DNA from: Felis catus
Taxonomy: Eukaryota
NCBI RefSeq assembly: GCF_018350175.1
Contig: NC_058368.1
Span: 188,544,001 to 188,608,000 of the forward strand
Direction of reading: 5' to 3'
Length of the DNA stretch: 64,000 bases
Shown here: positions 13,395 through 24,400 of the stretch, one piece after another
Layout: the number at the start of each line of letters is the position of its first letter
Numbering within the stretch: the first letter of the stretch is position 1
Position numbers and translations under genes: made by a program
The notes under the pieces: generated by a model
Databases searched by the model: none
What the model saw: the letters and a program-made list of their open reading frames with translations, nothing else
What the model was told of the DNA's origin: nothing

Positions 13395-14299
13395 TAGAAG
13401 ATTCTTAATTCTTCAATGACCTGGGTGGATGCATCCTTATTCTAGGTGATCACATGTGGCCCTAGGAATTGGATTTTTATCTCCAACTTCTTACTATCAG
13501 TCTCCTCTGTCCTTCTATTTAGTCCTATTGTACAGGACTCCAGACAACTGGGGCCATGTGGTGCACATCTGCTCCTTGGGAAACACCCACACACCTTTTG
13601 CTTCCTTTGATAAACTCTGATAATGCTCGTCCGTCCCAAGACAGCCACACTGTCTTTTACTCTCTCAGTCTTTTGCAGAGAACATATTTCAACTTCTGTG
13701 AATGGTCTCATAGAAGATCTCTCTACCATCAGACCTGAGCAGAAGGAGGTAGTGTCCCCCATGATGCTTCCTTTGCTTGGTACTGACAGCAACAGCTCTC
13801 TCCAGAGAAACTTCTCTCAAATCCTGCTCACGCTTTTACACTATTATCTGGATAAATGGGTCCAGGAGCCTTGGAACTAGTTTGCTCACATTCCTTTTGT
13901 AAACTATGCCCAGGGAGAATTTACTTCACACCCATGCTGACATCCCATTGTATTGTTTTGGCAACTCCCTGAGGCAGGACGTGTCTCATGTTAACATCCT
14001 GAAATGTGTATGTAAAATGTGTGCTCTTCCCCTCTTTGCCTCAAGTCTTTACTCACCAGGTGACTCCTTATCTATTTTTCAACAATTAGAATGCCTTTTC
14101 CTTCCTTCCACCCTGTGACCCTACAGAATGCTCTAATCCATCCCATTTGTATTTCCATGGTAAACTTTGCCTACCTTATCGTAACCAATTCATTTAGCTT
14201 TATATTAAAACCATTTATGGGTCTGTCTCCAAACCCAAGAGACTGAAAGTTCCCAGGGACAGGGACTCTTGAGATTTACTCTTTCATATTCAAAGACTA

Positions 14300-15720
14300 A
14301 TATAAAATGTAAATTACCATTAGTAGTAGCATCAAAAACATAAAATATCTAGGAATTAATGTAATAAAAGGTAATACAAGACCTCCATGTGAAAAACTAA
14401 AAATCTGAACTAGATTTTAGGAAACTTGACAAGCCAAAATTCCAAATTTGATTCCAAAATTGATAAAGAAATGCAAAGAGCCAAGATTCTCTTGAAGAAA
14501 AGAAAACAAAAGAAAAGAAAAAATTCAGGGGAGAGGACTCGCTCAACAACCTATCAAGACTTCTTATTTAGCTAGAGTAATTGAAACAGTTTGGTATCCA
14601 CATCAAGGTAAACAAACCAGTGGAATGGAATAGTAAGTTCAGAAACAAACTTACTCAAATATACACACCTGACTTACAATGGATGACACTGTGGAGCAGG
14701 GGGGAAACAGGCTTAAAAGAAGCATTTAATATAAATTAAATTAAGAATTTATGTTCATTAAAAAATACCATTTAGAGAATGAAAAGGAAGCTATGGAACA
14801 AGAGAAGATTTTTGCAGTGTATATAATTGACAAGGGGCTTACATTCAGAATATAAAGGATTATAAAACAAAAAGCAAAAGATAAACAACCCAGGAGAAAA
14901 TTGGGTAAGAGACTTGAACAACTCACAAAAGAGGAAGTCCAAAGGCCAGGAAATACGTGAAAAGGTACTCAACCTCATAAGCAGTTGGGGAAATGCAAGT
15001 TACAAACTCACTAGAGTGGTTAAAATTTGAAAGACTGACAACGTCAACTGTAAGCTAGAATGCAGAGCAATGGGAACTCTGAGGGATTGCTGCTGGGAGT
15101 GTAAATTGGTGCAAACACCTCCAAGTTGAATACTTCCAGACTATGGCCCAGCAATTCTTTTCTAAAGAAATGTGTGCCCATGTGCACTGGGAGACAAGAG
15201 CAAAAATGTTGATAGCATAATTTGTAGCAGCCCCAAACTGTAATTTGGGTGTTCATGAACCCAAATGCTCATATATAGCAGAATGAATAAACAAATAATA
15301 TTCTATGCATGTGATAGCATTCTATACCGCAGTGAAAATGGCTGAACCGCAGTTTCACACAAGAATATAACTGAATCTCAAACACAACGTTAAGCAGAAA
15401 AATCTGGTCACCAAAGAATACATACTATAGGCATCCATGTATATAAAATTCAAGTACAGGCAAAACTAAACTACAGTATTTAGAGATTCACACTTGGGTG
15501 GTTAAACAAAGAAAAGGAAGTGACTATATTAAAGTCAGAAAAATGGTTACCTTTGTGGTGAGATAGTTGTGATGGGAAAGAGTATGTGGGGCTTTTCTGG
15601 GGTATTAGCAAGCTTCTATTTCTGGAGAGTGATTAAATAGCTTTGTTTTATAATTTGTTAAGTTGTACAATTGTGTTTCTATTTATTATTTTTTTAAGTT
15701 ACTTCCTTCTGTTTATAACA
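14300..15720 (+). mobile_element. Old L1 (L1M) ORF2 end and 3'UTR
   Basis: aaaatatctaggaattaat, gtgtaaattggtgcaaacac, acaggcaaaactaa; degenerate L1 text. Confidence 0.75.
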
Positions 15721-15749
15721 GCATATTACACTACAGATTAAAAGGATTG

Positions 15750-16250
15750 AATGCCTTAGGACTCTTTTAACTGCAAATAATAGAAAACTCACCCCACAGT
15801 AGCTAAGCAAAAGTAATGTATTGGCTGATATGAAGAATAGAAGGTGGACACACTGGCTTCACATGAGGCTTAGAACAGGACTCATACACTGTGACCAGGT
15901 CCTGGTTTCTTTTTGTGTTGCAGGTTCTTTGACCTGCTTTGAGACATTTTCAGGCTGGCTCTTACCTTTTGGATCCGAGATGACTGCCCGTAGTCCTTGA
16001 AATTATGGGATTCCTTTTTTAGATCTAGCAGGAAAGAGAAAGCTCTGGTCAAAAGCTCTGGTGTTGAGTCTTGTCCTGATTGACTTGGGTCATGAGTCCT
16101 TCCCTGGACTAATCACTAAGGGAGATACGGTAAAGTGATTAATCCACAATAGACTGCATGGCTAGACTGTTCAAGATGATATTAAAAAGAGAAAAAGGAG
16201 AATAATAGATATTGGGAAGGAAACTAACAAATGTCTATGACAATCAGTAC
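15750..16250. mobile_element. Old MaLR LTR (MLT1J/K/L-like)
   Basis: ttaggactcttttaactgcaaataatagaaaactc and gattgacttgggtcatg motifs. Confidence 0.5.
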
Positions 16251-17394
16251 CCATTGTATTTAGCTAATATCATCATGCTTGAAAAGCAACACACAATTTT
16301 GCATTACTAGCCATCTCTGTCTTAATCAGAATTAAACAGAGAAAGTGGCTGGGTAAAATAGAGGTACACCAGCAGAGCTTAAATCTGAAAATGATAGCAA
16401 CAATACATTTTTCCCTCCTGCTGATGTTAGAGATTCCAAACAGTCCGCAAGTACTCAGATGGATTAAAAGCAAAACTGGTTTGTAATACATAAAACTAAG
16501 GCAATGGGTGAAACTTGAGTGGATCTTGGTTAGGAAAAATGTTACCTGTGAAAGATATTTTGGGGAGAAATGTAAAAATTGGAACATCAGCCGGATAGTA
16601 AAAGATTAGGGAATTATCATTTATTTTCTTAGGTGTGGCAAGGTCATTTGGTAATATTGGAGAAAGCTGTTATTTTTAGAAGAGGCAGCCTGCAGTATTA
16701 AGGGGTGCAATGTGTTGATGTCTGTAATTTACTCTCAAATAGCTTAACAAACAACACATACATATGAAGCAAATATTCAAAACGTTAACAATTGCTGAAT
16801 ATAGATGAGCATATGAGTGATGATTGCAATTTTTTAACAATTCTGTATATTTGAAGCTCTACAAGATAAAAAAAGTTGGGAAAATAAAAAATGTTTTGGG
16901 GGAAAATCTGAAAAATCCAAACCAAACAAAACAGGACTTGTTTCTATATTTTTTCCCTCCTGTAGCCTCCTGTAGACCTAAGGACAGAAGAAGATAAATT
17001 TATTTTGTTATTAGAACAGTGTAAGTTCTATTGCTTTTCCAATTATCCATGAAAAATATTTATTCAGCACCAACCATGTATATGCATTTCTTATTGTTAA
17101 TAGGCAGTTATAATTTTATCTCTGTCTGACTTTATTACAGAATAAATGTTGCCAACCGGATACCAAAGACAGAGGGAACTACTAATAACATATATACTGA
17201 GGGCTTACTTTGTACCAGGAACATTAATATACATAGTTTTACTTATTTTTTTATTATAATCCTGTGAAATAGATACTGTCATTAATCCTTGTTTTACAGA
17301 TGACAAATGGAGGTGTTTGTAAATTATGAACACTTGGCACAGAGTCCCATATCTAACAAGTAGGGGGTATCTGAATCTAACAGTAAATCTGTCC

Positions 17395-18050
17395 TTGTAC
17401 ACTGCTGGTGGGGATGTAAAATGGAGCAGCCACTTTAGAAAACAGTGGCAGTTGCTCAGAAAGTTAAACAGTTACCATGTGACCAGGTGATTCAATTCTA
17501 CTCCTAACTATATACCCAAGACAAATGAAAATATGTGTCCACACAAAGACTTATATGCGAATGTTGATAGCAGTACTATTCATAAGAGCCAAAAAAAAGT
17601 GGAAACCACTCATATGTCTATCAACTGGTGAATGGATAGACAAAATGTGATATAGCTATACAATGGAATGTTATTTGGCAATAAAAGGAAATGAAATAAC
17701 TATACATGTTACAACATGGATGCACTTTGTTGCTAAGGGAAAGAAGGCAGACACAAAAGATCACATTTTGTATGACATAACCTATATGAAATGTCTAGAA
17801 TAGCTAAATCTGTAAGAGAGAGAAGGATTAGTAGTTGCCTAAGCGGGGGAGGCAAAGAGAATGACTGCTAAGGGATACAGCAGGTTTTTTGTTGTTTTGT
17901 GTTGTTTTTGGAAGAGAGGTGGTGATGAAAATGTTCTAAAATTGATTGTGATGGTCGCACAACTCTGTTAATCTACTAAAAACCATGGAATTGCACACTT
18001 TAAAAGTGTATTGTATCATATGTGAATTAGATCTCAATTATATCTCAAAA
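17395..18050 (+). mobile_element. L1MB-type 3' end
   Basis: tgctggtgggatgtaaaatgg...gaatggata...gaaaatgttctaaaattgattgtgatgg...gtgaatt. Confidence 0.85.
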
Positions 18051-19689
18051 AAAGCTTATTTCCCCTTTACTGAACCATGTTGCCTAAGAAAACTTTAGTT
18101 TTCCTCTTAGAATCGGCTTTCAAAATCAAACAGTAAGGGTAGTCAGGTCGAAAGAGATTTTATATGTCATTTAGACTCTTCTATTCAAAAAGTTAATTAT
18201 TTTGGAATTAGATGGAGAAAACCTCAAAGTGCCCATAGGAATAAAGTAAGTGAATAAATGCATACATGAAAATTCACCTTTCCTCCATATCTCCAGAGTT
18301 GGCTCTCTGAGTTTTTTGGATTTGGGCCCCATTATGTGAAGTCTGTTATGTGAGATCTTATCTCTGGATCTAGAAGGCGTAGTGAACTGGCCATCAGCTA
18401 TCTGCAGATTTGCAGCAGAGGACATTTTCTATGGGATTTATTAGCAATAGCTGGTTTTATAAGGCATTCAGGAACTAGTCTTTTGGAATGGCTAGAGCTG
18501 TAACAAACATACACTCTTCCAAACTTTACGCTGACTTCCTCCTTAATGTTGCATACATTTAGTGAATAGGAAGATGACCTTTGGAATCCTGAATGGTCTC
18601 CCATTCCATAGTCATAAACATTCCAGTTCTTTCCTTCTACCCCTGAAGCTAATTCCTTTTATGGCCAGGTTTGTGGTATTTGGACATTTGCTTAAGCTTG
18701 GTTTCAGGTACTTATAGTAAGTTTTGCTCCTAACCTTTGCTTTTTTGGGTGCCTCTAGAAAGTACTTTCTACACTGTAACTGCTTCTATTTGAGTAGTCT
18801 TCTCTACTGCCCCACCCCCAGTCTTTTTCCCTCTTTTTTTTTTTTTTTCTTTTTTCTTTTTAGTTTGATTCAGTTACCTGCATCTGGTAATGTGGAGCTT
18901 TCCCAAAACTGGATTAGCAGCAATATAATAGCAGTAACCCTTTCATTACCAGAGTAATTTTCTTCACTTGTTTTGAACTTAGCATTTATAGGCAACTGCT
19001 GTAAAACTCAAAGGTGAAAAAGACGTGACTTTGTCCTGCTTTTACAAGTACAGAGTACTTATTAGTGAGGGTTATAGAACTTTGAAGCCATTTTTTTTTC
19101 CTTTAAAAAAGGAAATGTGAGTGCTGAGGTAAGCTTTTCCTCCATTTAAACAAAACACACAAATCCGGTAACAATATTAAAGGAACATTTTCAATATTCT
19201 GCAGTTTACCCTAAAAGAATAAATAAATCCCGTAAGAATTTAAGGTTATACAGATTTTGACTTCTTTGCAATCTGTTTCTGGCCTTATGTTTTCTTGCCT
19301 GAAGTCAGTAGTAAAGTTGTTAAAATGCGGTGATGGAAACCAAGGTATAAGGCTTTGCTATCTTGGGCAGTTTTCTATTCTAGTCATTAGTCATGCGGCC
19401 TCTATAATTTAATTTCTTACTTACCAGGCTGTATAAAGAGACTCATAAAACGGCCTTTCTAGGATGTAGCATGCCTGATTATTCTAGTCTAAGGCAGCAG
19501 GATGAAAGCTGTCTACAGAGAGTTATGAACATACTTCCCAGAAATTTTTAAAACTTCATTTCTATAGAGCTATCAAACTAGTGGAAGGGAAGTTACTCAG
19601 AATTTGAATGTCGGATGCCTCCAGGAAAGCTTTCTTTTACAATTTTAGCAAGATACAAAGGTTGTGAGGTATTGGAGATTTATGTTTAA

Positions 19690-19919
19690 CAATTTTCTTT
19701 TTTTTTTTTTTTTTTCAACGTTTATTTATTTTTGGGACAGAGAGAGACAGAGCATGAACGGGGGAGGGGCAGAGAGAGAGGGAGACACAGAATCGGAAAC
19801 AGGCTCCAGGCTCTGAGCCATCAGCCCAGAGCCCGACGTGGGGCTCGAACTCCCAGACTGGGGAGATTGTGACCTGGCTGAAGTCGGACGCTTAACCGAC
19901 TGCGCCACCCAGGAGCCCC
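19690..19919 (-). mobile_element. Young felid SINEC_Fc-type element
   Basis: CpG-retaining body; perfect 16-bp TSD ggagatttatgtttaa (19674, 19920). Confidence 0.95.
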
Positions 19920-21139
19920 GGAGATTTATGTTTAAAGCACAGAGGCCAGAGAGTTGAATTTCCAAGGAGGGCCCCCAACACAGAGATCTACATTGAAATA
20001 CATTAATTTCTCTTGTAACAGGCCGAAGTTGAGGTTTCACAATTTCAGGATGATCCAGGATAGTTGCAACATTTTACCCACTCCTGGGTGTGTGTCTTTG
20101 TGTATATAGGCACTACCAACATCAAAGGCCAGACTGGTTTCTAGTAGCTACAGGCTCTCCAGTTACTGACCAAAGACACAGCAAGGAATAGTGTAGGATT
20201 TTTTGTTTCCTGGAGAAGGGGTGTCACAGGTGGTGAGGGATTTGTAGAGAGTCGGTGAAGTCCTACAAAAACTGGGGAATAAGGTGTCTTGCCAAAGCAA
20301 AAAACACTAGCAGCATCCTTGATTTGTTCTGTGCACGTGAGACATGCTTCAGGCTTTGTATTGTGGGTAAGTGGGGAACAGTTCCAGCCCTAAAAGGTAT
20401 ATTGACATTTAAATTAAGGTAGGGATGCTGGTCAGTGGGGCACCTTGGGAAGGGGGTGTGTCCACTTACCTCTATTTTGAACCTTCGACCAAAAGCAACA
20501 CACAAATACTATTCAATTTCGTATTACAATAAAATTCTTTGAACAAATTCTTTAAGGGGTGGAAGTTTAAAATTAAAGATAGTGAACGTTTTCAATTCAC
20601 TTATTCAGGCATCCAGTCACTTATTCAACAGAGGCTTATGGAGCGCCTATTCTATGCTAGGCACTGCTGAGCCATCACAGACTTGGTCCCTGACGCCATG
20701 GAGTTGACAGTCTAGTCCAGTCAGTGAGGGAGTTAAAAAAATTCAGGCATCATTGCTACTGCGGTTGCACCGGGTGAAGATCAGCCCCTCCAATTCTCCC
20801 ACGTGGTCGCAGCAGGTGAGTGTGGGTGTGAGCGCTCGCGGCTTCTGGTATTTGAGGAGTGTGAGAGCGCACGTGTGTCAGAATGGCGCGTGTCACAGGG
20901 TGCGTGCAAGGGTCGGGGTGGTAAGCGTCTCCACAGACGCTTGGGCCCGGCTGCGTGGGCCGCGGGAGGACTGCGTCTCCCGCCCACGTACTGGGGGCGG
21001 CGCGGGAACCACCCGGCCCGTGCGATTGTGAGTGAGCGCAAGAGCGCGCGCGCGGGGGCGGGGGAGGGGCGCGGCGCGCGCAGGCGCAGAGAGCTAGAGC
21101 GGACCGCGGCCGCCGCAGAGCGCCGGGGGCGGGAGGAGC

Positions 21140-21438
21140 GAGCGCAGTAGGCCATGGCCGCCGTCGGCTGCTGAGGGGCTCGGCCCGCGAGCGCCTGCCG
21201 CCGCGGACGATGGTGACCGCACGGGTCGGGCCGCTGCCGCCGCCGCTGCCGCCGCCTCCCAAGACGCTGCAACCAAGGCCCGGCGCGGAGGAGCCGCCGC
21301 TGTGAGCCGCGCCGTCCCGGCCCCCGCCGCCGCCGCCCGAGAAGAACGGGAGGGCGGGCGAGAGAGCCGGGGAGTTGCGGAGCTCGCCTGCCCGCCGGCG
21401 GCGCCGCCGCCCTGCGGGGAGAGAGGCCACTGCCCGAG
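21140..21438 (+). other. RNF145: Probable major non-coding first exon of RNF145 (contains two uORFs)
   Basis: GC-rich segment downstream of GC boxes, ending in GAG|GTGACC at 21438/21439 where composition switches to a pyrimidine-rich tract. The 5' end is inferred. Confidence 0.65.
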
Positions 21439-22515
21439 GTGACCGAGCCGTCCGCCCTGGCTGGCCTCTTCTCATCCAGGCTCCCCCGCCCCCTTCTCTT
21501 CCCACATCCTTCCTTCTCCCCTCCCCCACCCTTTTGCCGGCTTCTTCCTCTCCCCCCTCCCCCGCCCCTTCCTCGGTTCACCTCCCACCTTCTTCCCAGT
21601 CTCGGCGGCGTCCACATCCCCTCTTCTCCCCTGGCGTCCCCTCCCTCCTGACCAGCCGCCCCTCTTGCAGACCTCTTGGCCCCCCACCAGCTCTCTCCGA
21701 CTCTCTGCCCTCCCTTCCCACCCCCCTTCCCCGTACAGAGTCCCCTCCGCCAGCTCCAGGGCCTTGAGCGCCGCCTCCTTAATTGCTCACCCTCCCGGAG
21801 ACATCCCTTACCTCCCCTGGCATTCCTAAGATGCTCTCTCTCTGAGCTTCTGCCCCATCGCATCCCTAGGACCCCCTTTCGAGGTCTTTTCTAAGCAGCT
21901 TCCTGAGCTGCCCCTTCCTAGGTGCTCCTTTCCAGCCCCTTTTCTCTAGTTCCCACTTCCAACTTTCCCTCTTTTGCGTCTTTGTCCGCTTTGCTTCTAA
22001 GCTTCCCTCCCTCTTTCCTTTTGACTTATCCTTTGGTCTACGCAGCCCCAAACTCAGCCTCCTCTTTCCTTCTTTCATGCGGTTTGAGGTTGTTTGGGGG
22101 TGCGGAAAGGCCTGCCAAGCCATTCTTCGAATGGGGGCCCATTTGCTCTGCATCCCATCTGTCCTTTTTCACTGTGAGAGCGTTCTCTATCCCTTCCTTT
22201 TTGTCCCCATCGCGTCCTCTCTCGGCTGCCATCCTTTCTCCACCCCACTCCTGTTTTGCTTTTCCCACTCAAGACCCTTGCCCTCCCTTTAGGAATGAGT
22301 CCCCTTTCTGCTCGGGGATGATGAACTTGGCCCGTGTCTTTATTTGGAAGCTTTTCGGTGCGTGGCGCGGCGGAGCCAGCACCCTTGGCCAGACAAGAGG
22401 GGAGCTCCCTGGCACGGGCCTCTTTACTGGCAGAGTTTTTGCGAACGTAATCCCCTAGCCCCGCGGCGGCAGCGGCCCTGCTGCTGCGCTGCCTGCTTTG
22501 CAGCGAGCTGGGCTG

Positions 22516-22531
22516 GGGTTACTATAGTTCA
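22516..22531 (+). promoter_or_regulatory. LXR response element (DR4) candidate GGGTTA-CTAT-AGTTCA
   Basis: Direct repeat with a 4-nt spacer, closely similar to the ABCA1 LXRE (AGGTTA-CTAT-CGGTCA). RNF145 is an established LXR target. Confidence 0.75.
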
Positions 22532-22898
22532 AACGCGGCTGAGATCAGCAGGCGTGGAGGGCGGGGGAGGAGGTGCGGGGAGAGAGGAAGGGGGCTTTGC
22601 AGTGAGAAGGCATCAAAGATTAATGGATGGCTTTGCATCGCTGTCTGCAGTAAACAGGAAACTAGTTTGAAAGGAAAGGAGAGGATTGTGTGCCTTTTTA
22701 TTTTTTAAAATGCGGACTGTGCTCTTCTACTGAATCTTGAATCATGCCCAAAGGATGAGCTGTCGGTGCTGCAGTCGTGACCCAGGCTGAGCGCCCAATG
22801 GCAGAGAGAGCAGTTTTTATTCCCTCTGTCTGGCTCCTTAAGAGTTGAAAGATGGTCCTGTTATTCAGAGTGGATTCTGTATCTTTGCCACTTTGGAG

Positions 22899-22940
22899 AT
22901 GAGAAGCCACAGAATTGCTAGTAGTTTATGTGGAAACCAG
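22899..22940 (+). other. RNF145: 3' end of a probable alternative first exon of RNF145 (ATG...CAG|GTACAT)
   Basis: ATG AGA AGC CAC...AAC CAG reads MRSHRIASSLCGNQ, followed by a GT donor. Resembles a human isoform N-terminus as I recall it (unverified). Confidence 0.6.
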
Positions 22941-24352
22941 GTACATACAAAGTTAGCTAACAATAGTGTGGGAGTGGGGAGGACCAGCTATATTTAAAAC
23001 ATGTGCCAATGCTTATGTAAGAGGTGCGTTCTCCTCCTGGGTATCTCAGTTTTGGCTGAGTTTACTTATGATTTTAGGCTCTAGCTTTGCCCTATAACAT
23101 TTTCAGGGGTTACCATCCTAATGTATGGACAGCCAGAAAATTTTTCTTGAGATTGGTTTTAGCAGATGGTAGAATTTTTTTTTTTCCATTGGATTGGACA
23201 AAGAAAGGAGATTAATGGTGATTTTTTTTTTTTTCTTTCGAAGCGGAAGAAAGGTGTAGAAACTTTCAGCCTTAAATTATCTATCGTACTGAATTTAAAA
23301 TTGGGTCATATGATTTTCTCATTTATTTATTTTTTATTTGCCTTTTTAAAAAGGGAGTTTATCTGCCTTTTTAAAAAGGAGATATGAATAGCCTTTTTTT
23401 TGGTAAGATCCCATTTTCCGTTTCTTTTTCTTAATTCTTCAACAGACAAGCTATTACTTTAAAAACATACATTTTCCATATTGTTCTGGATGATTTGTGT
23501 GATTTCTTCATAAAACAAAAATCAGAGTGTTTCCAGGAAGGTGTAGAATGAGACTGTGTTTCCTAACCCACAAATATGAATGGTGAGCTGTGCAACGTTA
23601 TACTTGTACAGGACATTACTGTGTAAGTAGTGATTGCTGCTTCCAAGCCTGGGAAAGTCATCTAATGAAATCATTGTGGTCCTGTTTTTGGTTAGCTTTG
23701 TTGAGTTTTTGTTTTGTTTTGTTTTGTTTTTTGCCATTTTTGGAAGGGATTTTTTTTTTAAGGTGTTTCACTGTGTAAAAACATCTTTAAGTTTGAGTCA
23801 CATTTAGTTTACATTACTTGCTGAAACATTGTGTTGGCATATTACTTTCCCAGTTCTGTTAACATTTCAAGGAGGACATATAAAAATCTTTCATGGAGGG
23901 GAAAATATGTGTAATTGAACATGACAGGAAATAACTTCAATATTTGGCCTTAGGAGTGTCATCTTTGTGTTCAGCTCCTTTACTTATTTTTGAGGATAAT
24001 TTGGTATTACTATGATTTTAAGAGAATTTTAATCTTCCTCTGACTTGGAATATACTCATTAGCTCTGATAATAAATCTAGGAAAAAGATAAATTAGGCTT
24101 CAACCAAACATCATAGAAATACAATAATCTTTTTATGCCAGGGGAGAAAGCTCCATTTTTACTTCATGCTTCTAATAGAGTGGCTTGGCAAATGTGAGTG
24201 ACTTCAGTGATTTTAAACAAGATAAATGTTTCCACATTTTGTTTAGATGTTAATTTAGTGTGTGGTGCTGGAGTGTAGTGTGTGGTATTTGTGATGGTGA
24301 TCACCCTATCATGTGGCACTTACACTTTAGAAATCACAAAGTTGGGCTGGGG

Positions 24353-24356
<4 letters not shown>

Positions 24357-24399
<43 letters not shown>
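24357..24399. repeat. (GT)n microsatellite
   Basis: About 21 GT units. Confidence 0.95.

Positions 24400-24400
<1 letters not shown>

Larger units (their letters stand above)
20750..22600. promoter_or_regulatory. CpG island / RNF145 promoter
   Basis: Very high CpG density at 20750-21460 and 22330-22580. GC boxes (GGGGCGGGG ~21055; GGGGCGGGA ~21126), NRF1-like GCGCAGGCGCA (~21077), CACGTG E-boxes at 20800 and 20870. No TATA box seen. Confidence 0.9.

Noticed and set aside
19690..19919. tRNA-like A/B boxes in SINE heads
   Set aside because: They are part of tRNA-derived SINEs, not tRNA genes.
20815..20835. Possible SREBP site (gtgggtgtgag)
   Set aside because: Does not match TCACnCCAC cleanly; too weak to call.
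20756..21863. Long minus-strand ORFs (257 aa and 360 aa) and overlapping plus-strand ORFs in the CpG island
   Set aside because: Low-complexity G/R/A/P-rich translations, expected where high GC content makes stop codons rare; no recognisable domain.
21922..22458. 178-aa plus-strand ORF with internal ATGs and a weak AAC|GTAATC donor at ~22446
   Set aside because: Mostly translation of the pyrimidine tract; the donor is weak and nothing else supports it.
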